This document shows, piece by piece, positions 29,124-40,230 of a DNA stretch of 64,000 nucleotides. A program made the translations under genes and the position numbers. The notes under the pieces are model-generated. The model saw nothing but the letters and a program-made list of their open reading frames with translations. It ran no database searches and was not told the DNA's origin. Each line of letters starts with the position of its first letter. The stretch's first letter is position 1. Source of the DNA: an uncultured Acidobacteriota bacterium (lineage in GTDB: Bacteria; Acidobacteriota; Terriglobia; Versatilivoradales; Versatilivoraceae); the NCBI GenBank assembly GCA_963803155.1, contig CAWDMN010000105.1:7601-71600 (forward strand). Reading direction: 5' to 3'.

Positions 29124-29980
29124 AAGCGTCCCTCCTCAGCTTGATCATTGGCCCCTTCCGAATCCATGGGCGGAGGTTCACCGGGAACAGAATCATCAGT
29201 CTTCCCGGCAATTCCTTCCAACGAGGTCGAGGCCGCCGGATCACCCGAGGCATCTTGCTTTCCAGTCAATCGGTAAAATGCCTCTTCCAGCGAAGCTCCC
29301 TTTGCCATCTGTGCGGGGGTTCCATCAAAGACGATGCGTCCTTCATCGATTAGGAGGACTCGGCGGGCCACGGCTTCTACCTCCTGCAAAATATGAGTAG
29401 AGAGCAGGATGGTTTTATCGCGGCCTAATTGGTGGATGAGTTGGCGCACATCATAAATCTGGTTGGGATCTAGCCCGCTGGTAGGTTCATCCATGATCAA
29501 AATATCCGGTTCGTGCAACAACACTTGCGCCATGCCCACCCGCTGACGATAACCCTTGGAAAGTTTGTGAATGCTTTTTTCGAGCACGCCCTGGAGATTG
29601 CATTGGACAATGACCGTCTCCAGACGTTCTTTCAGTCTGGACTTCGATAATCCCCGGGCAGCTCCAAAAAAACGCAATAGTTGCAGGGGCGTCATCTCCG
29701 GGTAGAGCGGCCCATTTTCGGGGAGATAGCCAATTCTACGCGCCGCTTCCTGCCGATGAGTGGCCAGATCCAAACCCGCAATAAAGGCGGCTCCTTCCGT
29801 GGGATAGGCATAACCGGTCAGGATCTTCAGAGTGGTTGATTTGCCGGCGCCATTGGGGCCTAGGAAAGCGGTCACTTGTCCCCGGGGGATGGCAAAGGAA
29901 ACATCGCGGATAGCGGCAAAATCGCCGTAAAACTTGCTGAGGTGCCGCGCTTCAATCATTATTTCAAAATCGTTTTCCAT
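29120..29980 (-). CDS. ABC transporter ATP-binding protein (GldA-like)
   Basis: GPNGAGKST, LSKGYRQR, MDEPTSGLDP, STH. Confidence 0.93.
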   Translation of the reverse strand: MENDFEIMIEARHLSKFYGDFAAIRDVSFAIPRGQVTAFLGPNGAGKSTTLKILTGYAYPTEGAAFIAGLDLATHRQEAARRIGYLPENGPLYPEMTPLQLLRFFGAARGLSKSRLKERLETVIVQCNLQGVLEKSIHKLSKGYRQRVGMAQVLLHEPDILIMDEPTSGLDPNQIYDVRQLIHQLGRDKTILLSTHILQEVEAVARRVLLIDEGRIVFDGTPAQMAKGASLEEAFYRLTGKQDASGDPAASTSLEGIAGKTDDSVPGEPPPMDSEGANDQAEEGRL

Positions 29981-30148
29981 AGAATATCCGGGAACCGGGA
30001 AGTAGTGGCGTTACCAAAAACATCCATTTTAATGAAAACCCTAGCCGGACATCAAGTAGAGGATATTGAATTGAGCTACCTGCGGATAGAAAATCCTATG
30101 CGGAGAAAATTTTTCGCCGAAGAGAACAGGATTTGAGCAGATTTTAAT

Positions 30149-30184
30149 TCCTTACGGCAAGTCTATTCGCGCTTGCCGTAAGGA
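30149..30184. terminator. Stem-loop downstream of the oxidoreductase gene
   Basis: TCCTTACGGCAAG-loop-CTTGCCGTAAGGA; no clear U-tract on the minus strand. Confidence 0.45.
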
Positions 30185-30197
30185 TAGAGAGGACTCC

Positions 30198-31532
30198 TCA
30201 GAGCACCAGGGTCGTACCAGGCATGGCAATAGGATAACGATTGCTGGAATCGGGCATCGCCGGGGGATTTGAATCCATGGTGAATTGGTCCAGACCTGGA
30301 GCTAGTACCAGGCTGGAATTTAGAGCTTCCTCCCAAGTGATCTGTTTCCCCGATTCGCAGGCCATGCGGCCCATGATGGCGGCCATGCAGGATTTGGCGG
30401 AGCGCTCGACTTCATTATAGGGCTTGTCATTTCGAATGGCATCGAAGAGCAGATCATGTTCGATTTGATAGGCATTGGTGGCAGGCCCTTTGTATTCCCA
30501 GAGAATGTCGGTTTTATCCTGCCGATGCCCTTTGTACAGGCGGGGTATTGAAATTCCTTCCCCCAGAACACCGCAACCGGAGGCGCCTTGAATGACATCG
30601 CCGAAAAATCCCCAGCAGTTATTGATGTGGCGTCCCTGGGCCAGCAGGCGAGTGCCATCAGGGAAAGTATATTCAGCGGAATAGTGGTCAAAAAGCTGAT
30701 CGGGATCCTGCCGCACCTGACGGCCACCCATCCCCTGCACGGAAACCGGCCAGGCATTTTTCACCCAGCAACAAACATCAATGTTGTGAATCAACCAATC
30801 GACGATGAAACTGCCGTTCAACCAGGTATAACAGCTGTAGTTGGCAATCTGGTGGGCCATTTCCGTCATGTTGGCCCCCTTGGCGTTGAAGCCAACCGGT
30901 CCATGCTCGCGGTAGGCCCAGCAGGTGATGACGCCCCCAATGGCGCCTTCATGAATTCGGCGGATTGCCTCTTCCAACGGCGGGCTGTGGCGGCTCATCA
31001 ATCCGGTGGCGACTTTTAGATCTTTGCGCGAAGCTTCCTGGCCGGTCTTCAGTACTCGCCGGATTCCGGCCGCATCCACGGCAAATGATTTTTCGATGAA
31101 AACATGCATCCCTTTTCCCACGGCATATTCAAAATGCACGGGACGAAAGGCCGGCGGAGTAGCCATTAGCACGACATCGCCCTTGTCCAGCGAGTCAATC
31201 GCCTTTTTGAAAGCATCCATCCCGAGAAATTGCCGCTCGGCGGGGACATCCATCTGCGGAGAAAATTTATCGGCCAGTGTCAGATAACTGGTCTTGATGC
31301 GCTGCTCGAATACATCCGCCATCGCCCAGAGCTTGGTGGGACCCTTGGTGGAAAGGGCGTTGAGCGCGGCCCCTGTACCCCGTCCACCACAGCCAATTAG
31401 CGCAATCTTGATGGTGTTGTTTTCAGCCGCGTAGCCAGGTTTGGCCAAGCTGTTCACCAGAGCCGCACCCGCCAAGGTCTGACTCGAAGTTTTAAGGAAA
31501 TCGCGGCGAGTAGATTTGCGTGGTCTTTCCAT
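30198..31532 (-). CDS. Gfo/Idh/MocA oxidoreductase with Tat signal
   Basis: STRRDFLK, IGCGGRG, EKS, IHNIDV. Confidence 0.9.
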   Translation of the reverse strand: MERPRKSTRRDFLKTSSQTLAGAALVNSLAKPGYAAENNTIKIALIGCGGRGTGAALNALSTKGPTKLWAMADVFEQRIKTSYLTLADKFSPQMDVPAERQFLGMDAFKKAIDSLDKGDVVLMATPPAFRPVHFEYAVGKGMHVFIEKSFAVDAAGIRRVLKTGQEASRKDLKVATGLMSRHSPPLEEAIRRIHEGAIGGVITCWAYREHGPVGFNAKGANMTEMAHQIANYSCYTWLNGSFIVDWLIHNIDVCCWVKNAWPVSVQGMGGRQVRQDPDQLFDHYSAEYTFPDGTRLLAQGRHINNCWGFFGDVIQGASGCGVLGEGISIPRLYKGHRQDKTDILWEYKGPATNAYQIEHDLLFDAIRNDKPYNEVERSAKSCMAAIMGRMACESGKQITWEEALNSSLVLAPGLDQFTMDSNPPAMPDSSNRYPIAMPGTTLVL

Positions 31533-31734
31533 GAGAGCATCCTTTCTTCTTTGAATTTCGTTTGAAACTCTACCACTGCCTGAAGGAGCGGTAAAGCCCG
31601 AATTTGAAGGCCCTTTTGGATTGCAAACGGCCGGAGGAGAGAGATAGAATCCATTCGCGCAGTTATTCGATGGTTAACTAAATAGAAATATCGACTTAAA
31701 CTTATTAATTGTGCATTCAAAAGGATGATGCATC

Positions 31735-32085
31735 ATGAACCCGCTGAATTTGACCGATGAAGTGTTGGAAATGCTGGCACAGAGATTTCGCTGTATGGGG
31801 GAAGCGATGCGCTTGAAGATCTTGCGGTCGCTGGAATCGGGCGAGAAAAGTGTGGGGGAACTGACGGAAGGGTTGAATACTACCCAGGCCAACGTGAGCA
31901 AGCACTTGAAGATGATGGTAGAAGCGAGATTGCTATCGAGAAGGCCGCAGGGAACCTCCGCTTATTATTCGATTGCCGATCCGGTGGTAATGACCCTTTG
32001 CAAGACGGTTTGTGAAGGGCTGGAAAAGAAGGTTAGGTCTCAAGCAGAGGGTTTGGGCCTGATCGTAACCAAGAAAAGAAAATAA
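31735..32085 (+). CDS. ArsR/SmtB transcriptional regulator
   Basis: RLKIL..L..GEKSVGEL...QANVSKHL. Confidence 0.9.
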   Translation: MNPLNLTDEVLEMLAQRFRCMGEAMRLKILRSLESGEKSVGELTEGLNTTQANVSKHLKMMVEARLLSRRPQGTSAYYSIADPVVMTLCKTVCEGLEKKVRSQAEGLGLIVTKKRK

Positions 32086-32234
32086 GTCCCAGGGAGCAAT
32101 CCATAGGTCGGATTAAAAGAGAGGATTGATAATTGTATTTTGGGGCAGGTTGACCCCCCATGCAGTGCGCGCATCCTGAGCAGATGCGAGGAGGTTTTCT
32201 TCCTTAATGGGGGTGTGTGTTTTGCTGCTCCCAG

Positions 32235-32291
32235 AAAAAAGCCTTCAGCCAGGATTGAAGATGTCATTCGCCATCCGGCTGAAGGCTTTTT
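32235..32291. terminator. Bidirectional intrinsic terminator
   Basis: AAAAAAGCCTTCAGCC...GGCTGAAGGCTTTTT between convergent genes. Confidence 0.7.
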
Positions 32292-32302
32292 GAGGATTGA
32301 AG

Positions 32303-33286
32303 CTACTTCTTGATTTCCTTATGAATCATAATTTGCTGTTTTCCTTCTTCGATTTTATAGTCCGTGGGCACATCAAACAGCGAATGGGCGGGTTCATTGC
32401 GATTGATGTTCGTCAATCGAAAAGTATTTTCTCCCATCCGAGGGTCCATGTTTTTATTTAACACGACGGTCTGCAGTTCGGGAGAATACCAGGTTTCGCC
32501 GACAATGGTAATGGGAAGCTCATTTCCGATCTCTCCCGCCGGAATCACGGTGGTTATGCGGGTTCCCTCAGCTTTGACCCCTTCAATGACTTGAGCCCCC
32601 AGGGATTCCTTGGTGGATTTATCGAAGCTGGAGCCTTCACCCTGCCGGATTATCTTCTTCTCGATGCGGATCTGGCCGGGTCCTGGTGAGACGGTTTCCA
32701 TATCCATTACCATTCCCGCGGCAGGCTTTCCCGCAACCGCCATTGCGCTAGCGCTGATTTTCCCCACCATGATCTTGCTAGCGGTTTTATTGGGATGCAG
32801 GACGTAATTAATCCCCGCCACGGGATCGTTGATGAAAATGATTTGAGTAGGCTCATTCTCCGTTGACAGCCCGCCGAGGCTGGGAAGGTTCTGCTCGCGG
32901 CGGGTTCGGCCTTCACTGTCCCGGTAGATGGAACTGGTAGATTTGTGGGTGATGCGATTGCCGTCGCTGAGCGTCTGCACCGATTCGGAAATTATCTCTG
33001 CCGAATACGGGGCTCCCTTGACAGGTTTTCCGATAGGTTCGAATTCAGAGGCAATATATTGCATGTTGAAATCTGTATGAATAAAGGGAACCACCATGGG
33101 CCCTCCCACCATCATGCCGGGTGCAGGAGTTGCTGATTCGAAGGTGCTAATGAAAACATCTTCCTCTTTTTTGGCAGGGGGGGAAGACACTCCCTTTGAT
33201 TGATCTTGAGCCTGAGTCTTCAAACCAGACAAGCCTGCCACCAAAGCAAAAACTCCAAAGAACAATGTTGCGCTTCTTCCCTTCAT
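32303..33286 (-). CDS. Exported hypothetical protein
   Basis: Signal peptide, strong SD (AAGGAGG), motifs KGAPYSA..YRDSEGRTRRE..ETWYSPEL..LFDVP. Confidence 0.75.
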   Translation of the reverse strand: MKGRSATLFFGVFALVAGLSGLKTQAQDQSKGVSSPPAKKEEDVFISTFESATPAPGMMVGGPMVVPFIHTDFNMQYIASEFEPIGKPVKGAPYSAEIISESVQTLSDGNRITHKSTSSIYRDSEGRTRREQNLPSLGGLSTENEPTQIIFINDPVAGINYVLHPNKTASKIMVGKISASAMAVAGKPAAGMVMDMETVSPGPGQIRIEKKIIRQGEGSSFDKSTKESLGAQVIEGVKAEGTRITTVIPAGEIGNELPITIVGETWYSPELQTVVLNKNMDPRMGENTFRLTNINRNEPAHSLFDVPTDYKIEEGKQQIMIHKEIKK

Positions 33287-33450
33287 GGCAATAAAACCTC
33301 CTTGGCTTTATTTATGTGATTGACGATGACAATCCAGCATTCCCGTTACAAGCGAGAATGGTTTTTTAAAGTTGGAACCAAAATCCAAAATCTAATCCTC
33401 AATCTGGGCAAATCAACAGAAGATCATTTTCACTGGAAATTTCAGCTTCT

Positions 33451-34278
33451 TCATTTCACTAATCGAACGGCTTTGATCCACCCTTCTTGGCTTAATAGAA
33501 GGTCCGCTTGGACTGGCTCATTAATTCGCTCCACATTTACGGGGAAGCCAAAGCGGGTCAAACTGGCCCTTGGAAGCCGAACCCGGACTACTTGCTGGAA
33601 TTCGCGCGGATATATGTCATCCGGCGGAGAAACCTCGATGAAATCGGTTAAGGGGCCCGTTGTATGTTCCGGATTTGGCTCATCGGTGCTCTTGCGGGCC
33701 AGAACCCTGCTGGTATTGCCGATTTCCCTCCTTAACGGAGTGGGAATCTTCGTTTTTTCGGAAGAACGCAGGATAGGCCGGACTCGTTTGGAGACTATCG
33801 AAGAGCGTGCCGGCATGGCCAATTGAGCGGAGGGGTTCGAGGCTTGCTCTAAAGCTAGTGATTTCCCGGTGGAGATTGGCCGTTCTATTTTAGCGTGCCG
33901 AAAATAAGGGCCAACCCTCAAGCCTAACAGGAACACAATCAGAATAAATAGGGCAGCAGTGGCCCAGAGCCAGCGCTGGCGATGCCAAAATGAGGACGAG
34001 AAAACCTTGACGGGACTGTCTACCGCAATTGGCGGGGTTGCCTTGTTCTGACGGAAAAGCTCCAGCATCCTGGACTCCAGAATTGAGGCGTCAGCGGAGA
34101 ATGCTGATTGCCGCTGCAAGGACGCGAGAGCCGAGTGGAGGCTTCGCTCGGCTGTCAACAGCCGCCGGCAGGAGGAACAGTGCTCCGCATGAGCCAGAGC
34201 TTCCGTCTTCAGCCCAGCTTCCAGCGGGAGATCCCGCGCTATCTCGATGCGATATTCTCGGAATTGGTGGCAATTCAT
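33451..34278 (-). CDS. Putative zinc-finger anti-sigma factor
   Basis: HAEHCSSC motif, single TM, overlaps the ECF sigma stop codon. Confidence 0.75.
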   Translation of the reverse strand: MNCHQFREYRIEIARDLPLEAGLKTEALAHAEHCSSCRRLLTAERSLHSALASLQRQSAFSADASILESRMLELFRQNKATPPIAVDSPVKVFSSSFWHRQRWLWATAALFILIVFLLGLRVGPYFRHAKIERPISTGKSLALEQASNPSAQLAMPARSSIVSKRVRPILRSSEKTKIPTPLRREIGNTSRVLARKSTDEPNPEHTTGPLTDFIEVSPPDDIYPREFQQVVRVRLPRASLTRFGFPVNVERINEPVQADLLLSQEGWIKAVRLVK

Positions 34279-34973
34279 GGTCCTACTCCTCTTGCTTCGT
34301 TCACTTTCGCAATATTCCCTCTATTGCCCGCCAGCATTTTTTCCATCAAGAGCAGATGGGCGCGCGAGAGTCTCGAACGAATTGTTCCAATCGGGCAATT
34401 CAGGATACCGGCGGCATCGGCATAACTTTTCTCTTCCAGATCGCACAGAATAACAGTCTCGCGGTAGTGAAGCGGGAGAGACGAGATCGCTTCATGAAGT
34501 TGCATAAAGTCTTGGTCCCGGCTGAGCTTTTCCAAAATGTCGTCTCCGATTTCAAGACTCTCCAGCCGTTCGAGTTGTTCCTCCGGAGATTCCAGGAGGA
34601 TCTGGTCCCTTTGTTTATTCCGATGGCGTAGCACCTGTTTGTGAGCAATGCCGAATAAATAGTTGCTAAGGTTTCCCTTGGCCGGATCAAACTGTTCAGG
34701 TTTGGAAATCAATGCCAGAAAAACTTCCTGTAGGACGTCTTCGGCAATGCTGGGGGATCCAGTCAAACGGATGGCAAACCGATAAATCCCACCGCTGTTT
34801 TGACGGTAGAGAGCCAGAAAGGCAGCTTCATCGCCATCCCGCATTCTTTGCAAAAGCTGCGACTCGAGTTGACTCGATTCCGATTTTTCTGGAGTATCGC
34901 TGGACAAAGATGCCCTTTCAATTGAATTTAGCAATAAATCGGAACTCGCCACACTCATATCCCTGCGATGCAA
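34275..34973 (-). CDS. ECF RNA polymerase sigma factor
   Basis: AEDVLQEVF, SYADAAGILNCPIGTIRSRLSRA. Confidence 0.92.
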   Translation of the reverse strand: MHRRDMSVASSDLLLNSIERASLSSDTPEKSESSQLESQLLQRMRDGDEAAFLALYRQNSGGIYRFAIRLTGSPSIAEDVLQEVFLALISKPEQFDPAKGNLSNYLFGIAHKQVLRHRNKQRDQILLESPEEQLERLESLEIGDDILEKLSRDQDFMQLHEAISSLPLHYRETVILCDLEEKSYADAAGILNCPIGTIRSRLSRAHLLLMEKMLAGNRGNIAKVNEARGVGP

Positions 34974-35339
34974 AATTGGATGAATCCGAAATGATGGGGG
35001 TATTGGCTCTCCAGCCGATCCTTTTTGATTCCAGCAGCGGTAACTTCTGATTCTTATCTTATACTGATGGTGTTGCTCATTCTGAAGAGGAACTTCGTTT
35101 CTGCGCTCTTCTTCTTAAGATTCAACTTGAAGGAGAATTAGTTCCATTTTCTTTGTAAATTATGTTCAAGAGTCCGGGAGGAACTGAGAACGATTCCACT
35201 ATTTTGATGCGCATTTGGCGGAGACCGGTCGCAGGAGGAGGTTTTTCCGGGCGGAACGCGGCTTATTAAATAGCGCCATAGTTGTTCGGCGCAACCTTCA
35301 AAAAAAAATACAGCGGTTGTTCTCGCATCATCTGATTAG

Positions 35340-36242
35340 CTATGGCAATTGACTCGATGACGATTGTTCGGATTGCGAACGTTGCGCCTTTAATGGATTG
35401 AAGTTCTTCATGTTTAATTTAGATATTGATGCCATCATGATTGTACGGATTGTCATGGCGCCGAGGACGATCAAGCCTCCCAGGATCTCCAAGTGTCCCG
35501 GCACTTCCCCAATGAAAATGGAGACCCAAATGGGATTTAGGATCGGCTCGATTATGGGAATTAATGTGGCCTCGATGGCGGTGACGTGCCGAATGGCGAT
35601 AGCATAAAGGATATAGGAAAGCCCAATCTGAAATACTCCGAGGAGTAAAAGTCCTGCCCAACTGGCGAGAGAGACAGGAAGCGGAAAGTAGAAGGGAATG
35701 GCCACCAACGCGGCCAGCAGGTTCCCCAATATCACGGACGCAATCGGGTTCGCATCTTTCTGCTTGCGCAGCAGGAGGGCCAGCCAGGCAAAGGATAGCC
35801 CACTCAAAATTGCGCTCAGATTTCCCCACATTCCTTGAAGCGTCAAAGTGTGAATAAAGAATAGACTCATCCCCGCGATCGTGGTTCCGATTGTCAACCA
35901 ATCAATCCAGTGACTGTGTTCTCCCAAAAACCAGCGGCTCAGAAGGGCTACATAAATTGGAGCCGTATATTGGAGCAAGATGGCATTGGCCGCTGTGGTC
36001 CATTTGGTGGCAACTACAAAGGAAATCACTGTCAACATGTAGGCTACGGCCCCGCCCCAAAGCGGCAGGGAGGACTTGAATTTAGGCCGGCCCAGGCCGA
36101 TGAGCATGACAAGAGCGGCAATGCCACTGCGCGCTCCGGCAATGGCGAGCGGATTCCACTGGATCCATTTGATCAATAATCCGCCAAAGCTCCATAGGAT
36201 GGCGGTGAGGATCAACAAAAGAATGGCCCGCGATTTTTTCAA
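35340..36242 (-). CDS. DMT/EamA family transporter
   Basis: About 10 TM helices, two EamA repeats, LQYTAP, IEPILNP. Confidence 0.88.
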   Translation of the reverse strand: MKKSRAILLLILTAILWSFGGLLIKWIQWNPLAIAGARSGIAALVMLIGLGRPKFKSSLPLWGGAVAYMLTVISFVVATKWTTAANAILLQYTAPIYVALLSRWFLGEHSHWIDWLTIGTTIAGMSLFFIHTLTLQGMWGNLSAILSGLSFAWLALLLRKQKDANPIASVILGNLLAALVAIPFYFPLPVSLASWAGLLLLGVFQIGLSYILYAIAIRHVTAIEATLIPIIEPILNPIWVSIFIGEVPGHLEILGGLIVLGAMTIRTIMMASISKLNMKNFNPLKAQRSQSEQSSSSQLP

Positions 36243-36360
36243 GAGGAAATTCCTTCCTTTGGGTCAGGTCAAAACATTCCCATTCTGCCGCAAAGGAGCG
36301 CGAGTGCCAAGTCGGAGTTTTATGAAATGGGATTGGGAGGATCGAAGGGAGGAAGGAATA

Positions 36361-36384
36361 GGGGGCCTTTGGGTGAGGCCCCCC
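36361..36384 (-). terminator. GC-rich stem-loop after ferredoxin
   Basis: GGGGGCCT-loop-AGGCCCCC. Confidence 0.5.
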
Positions 36385-36389
36385 GAAAT

Positions 36390-36662
<273 letters not shown>

Positions 36663-36902
36663 TCAAGATTATTTCATTTCTCCGAAGTGTTAATACGGGA
36701 ATAACCCCTTTGCAGTAAAGGGCACAGATTACTTTCCCCGCCATTCATTGCGGGAAGGCGGCCTTTGGCATGGGGTGGCGAAGATTTCGCCGCCTCCAGA
36801 AGCCATGCCGCGGGGTCCAAAAAGCAAATGCTCGACTTTAGGCGCTAGCACAGCCAGTCTGCCGGTGTCAGAATCAACGAGAGAGTGAACCTTTCTATCC
36901 AA

Positions 36903-39701
36903 TCATCTCGAATTCATTTCGCTTTTTGTTGCCAGAAGACTGCTCGTGGTTTGGTTCGGGGGATTCAGCTCCTCTTCTGTGGTTTTCCGCGAAGCGGTTT
37001 GGTTCATCTGGAAACGGTAGGTTTTATTCCGAAATTCAATTTTCAACCGTTCCCCTGTCCTGGTCTGTTTGATTTCGGACATTTTCAAATGAAATCCATC
37101 TTTCGAATCCCCGCGAGGGAGGTAAGAAATGACGTAGCCGTTGAATTGAAGCTTCCCGCTGCAACTACCCAAAGCATGATCGTGCGTGACCGGCCAATCA
37201 TGAAATTCCAGGCGCGCCAATTCTGTTTTGATTTCCTCGGCCGGAACGGGGATTCCTTCCTCAAAAGGAGAGAATGCCTGGAGCGCAGTGAAGACGTCAT
37301 GGGCATCCTCAAATTTCTCGCTGGCAACCAGATTTCTCGCTTGGGTGACAGCTTTGGTAAAAGCCTCTTGTTTGATAGCCACCGCTTTAGCTTTAGCTCC
37401 GCCCTGCGCCAATAAACGGTTGCAGTAAAGAATAACGTTGTCGTGGGAGGGGAAGACAAAATGACCCGCGGCCATAGCCGTGTCGATTTTTTGAAGCCAG
37501 TCATTCAACAGGTTTTTCTGTTTTGACTCTTCAGCACGGAGGAGAGCATTTAAGGAAGAGATGTCCGGCGAACCCGAAAAAAAGATTTGGAGCTGGGCAA
37601 TCACAATTCGGGCCTTTTCGAAATCATGTTGGCTGATTCGTTGTTGAGCTTGAGTGGAAAGGCTTTGGCGAATTGTACTCAAAGCCTCGAAAGCAGCGGT
37701 GTTTGCAGAATCCAGCGAGTGCAGCTGTTGAGCTTGAGTGAGGGCATTGCCTGGCCGGGGCGGGAAATAATTCCCCGCTTTGAGGGCCTGCATCAATGAT
37801 TCCTCCAGCTCCTGAATCCTGGCCTTCCGTGCGGTTTCGGCGGAAGAGACAGCTTGCTGCTCCTGGATTTTCCCTTTTACAAGTTTTAGCCGGGTGGTGG
37901 CAGCCCTCTCCTGAGGGAAAAGGCGGGATAGAGTTTCATAGGATTTGCGGGCTTCTTCCCATTTATTGGCCTTCAGGGCTTGATCGCCAATTTGGAGATA
38001 ATGCGACCTCACTTGGTCCTGGATCTGCCTTCCTTTTTCATTTCCAGGATTTTCTCTCAAGATTAAGGCGGACTTTTGGAATGCATCAATATACCGATGC
38101 TGCTCCAAGAGGGATTTAGCCGCGGCTTGGGGATCTTCCTGTGCTCCGGATAGAGAAGGGATGGCTGTCAATTGGATGGAAACGTGATTGGCCAGCCCAG
38201 GTTGGACGTTAAAAATCTCCGTCTCGGCATTATATCCGGCCTTTTCCAGTCTGAGGGAATGCTTACCCGCAGAGACCTGGGAGAGCGTGAGGCCGCTGTT
38301 ACCCATCAATTTCCCATCAAGGAAAACCGCTGCTCCTGGCGGAAGGGTGGTGATTACCAGAGGAGTGTTGGATCCTGAGGCTGAGAAGTCCTTCCGATTT
38401 TTTGCCCAATGCCACGTCAACCAGGCAGGAAAGAGCAAAATGAGGATCGTCGCGGCGATGGCCAGAAAGAATAGATCCTTATTCTTTTTTTCATCAGCCG
38501 AGATTTGTTCTTCCGGCTGATTCTCGTTTTCCTCCGGCGGCATTATTTTTCCCTCTAGCCCCAGATTCTCTGAAGGCTCTGGAGCATACGGCATGGGTGA
38601 AACCGCCTCTGAACTGGCGGGTGATTTTCCACTGGATTTCTCCATCCTCAAGTCAAATGTGCTGTTTTCAGTTTTAATATCGGCTAGCGTTGGAGAAAAT
38701 GCCGCCGCTGAACAATTTCCACTGATGTGGGAATACTGCGGGATTGGATGTAGGGCCAATTCACTTTGATGCGAAGACCCAATCGCGTCATTCTCCTCTG
38801 CCATGGTTGGGAGTCCGGAGGATTCTTTGAGAGGAAGGATGACATCCGCGGGACAGGAAGAGGATTTATCCTCCGCGATATTCAAATTAGATGGGAAATG
38901 GGGGGGATCAAGATTCCCATCCAATGACTCGCCTCCACCGCTTAAATCAGATTCTTTTGCGGCAGGAAAGCTGGGAAAGCGATTCAATTCCCCCCTGCTC
39001 AGGTTCAAGTAATCTTGATAGAGAACATTATCGGGATCAACCTCGCAGAGGAACTCGAATTTGCCAAGGCAATCCTGATATTTTTCTTGATCGAAAAGAT
39101 TCATTGCTTCTCTTTTGACATTATCCACATGAATGGCCATTTCTTCAGCCATTCTTTGATCCTCCCAACGTCTTTCAGCGTCGCGCAGCAATTTTAAAGT
39201 CTCCGGGTCATCTGGCAAAACCAGCAATAGGGAATGCAGCAGCTGGCTGCACTGCTCGTATTGTCCTTCCGCAAAGTATCTTTGAGCGAGGTCCAATAAT
39301 TGTCTCAATGAAGATTGGGAGGGCTTTTCTGAATTTCCCCCGGTTGTATCTTCCGTGTCTATCCTGAACCTCTCATGAAGTTGGTCCAGTTCCATCTGCT
39401 TCTGATATTCCAGATCGATTTGGTTGAAGGTCTGCAGGGCTCGATCACAGGTTTCCCGAATCTGATGGTGAATTTCCTGGATCGAATCAGCTGGTGGAAC
39501 CGAGTCTATTTTTAGTTTGAGTTTGTCCAATGAATTAGACAGTGACAACACACATTTGCCCAGTTCTTCCTGCCCCAGCGCTTGCATGGATGCATTCTCC
39601 TCCAGCCACATTTCTGCTTTTTGCAGACGCTCTTCGAGTTCCAAAAGGCTGCCTTTTGATTCCTGGATAAGATTCTTCAAGTCTGCATGATGATCATCCA
39701 T
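36903..39701 (-). CDS. Membrane-anchored TPR/PEGA domain protein
   Basis: Coiled-coil and TPR-like N-terminus, low-complexity linker, TM, PEGA (TLPPGAAVFLDG...GKHSLRLEKAGY), further helical repeats. Confidence 0.75.
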   Translation of the reverse strand: MDDHHADLKNLIQESKGSLLELEERLQKAEMWLEENASMQALGQEELGKCVLSLSNSLDKLKLKIDSVPPADSIQEIHHQIRETCDRALQTFNQIDLEYQKQMELDQLHERFRIDTEDTTGGNSEKPSQSSLRQLLDLAQRYFAEGQYEQCSQLLHSLLLVLPDDPETLKLLRDAERRWEDQRMAEEMAIHVDNVKREAMNLFDQEKYQDCLGKFEFLCEVDPDNVLYQDYLNLSRGELNRFPSFPAAKESDLSGGGESLDGNLDPPHFPSNLNIAEDKSSSCPADVILPLKESSGLPTMAEENDAIGSSHQSELALHPIPQYSHISGNCSAAAFSPTLADIKTENSTFDLRMEKSSGKSPASSEAVSPMPYAPEPSENLGLEGKIMPPEENENQPEEQISADEKKNKDLFFLAIAATILILLFPAWLTWHWAKNRKDFSASGSNTPLVITTLPPGAAVFLDGKLMGNSGLTLSQVSAGKHSLRLEKAGYNAETEIFNVQPGLANHVSIQLTAIPSLSGAQEDPQAAAKSLLEQHRYIDAFQKSALILRENPGNEKGRQIQDQVRSHYLQIGDQALKANKWEEARKSYETLSRLFPQERAATTRLKLVKGKIQEQQAVSSAETARKARIQELEESLMQALKAGNYFPPRPGNALTQAQQLHSLDSANTAAFEALSTIRQSLSTQAQQRISQHDFEKARIVIAQLQIFFSGSPDISSLNALLRAEESKQKNLLNDWLQKIDTAMAAGHFVFPSHDNVILYCNRLLAQGGAKAKAVAIKQEAFTKAVTQARNLVASEKFEDAHDVFTALQAFSPFEEGIPVPAEEIKTELARLEFHDWPVTHDHALGSCSGKLQFNGYVISYLPRGDSKDGFHLKMSEIKQTRTGERLKIEFRNKTYRFQMNQTASRKTTEEELNPPNQTTSSLLATKSEMNSR

Positions 39702-40230
39702 AGCTCAATCCTCGGTTCGGATAGATAGTTCTTCTTTATAGGTAATGAATTTGAACAGAGGGCCCCTCTTTTTTTTGAAAGGCCCCGGCGACTTCTGCCG
39801 CTTGGCCCCATGTAAGATTGCAATTTTTCAACCAATAGGGAGGGCGGATGGCAATCTTGGGGCAAAATTATGTTGGTTATATTCAACTTAATTATGAACA
39901 TATCCGCCCAAAAGGGTTTGCACCGAATTTATACTTTTGAGAGGATCCTGCTTTTAAAGACACAGACTTAGGGAAGGTCAATGGGAGAAAAATGCAAAGT
40001 GCTTGCTCCGCTTATGTTTTCCGGCTATTTCGGCAGGAAACGGCCCGCGGCATAATAGAATATCTGCGGGAGGGCAGTTCAGCTTGGTCTGAGGACAAAT
40101 TCGGCATAATTATTCGGCATAATTATAATGTGCTGGCTCGGCAAGGGGAAAAGCCAGAATCGTTTCCCATTAATGATTTATGAGAATAAGCCCCCCAGGA
40201 TCAACTGGCATTTCAATTTTGTCACTGGCA

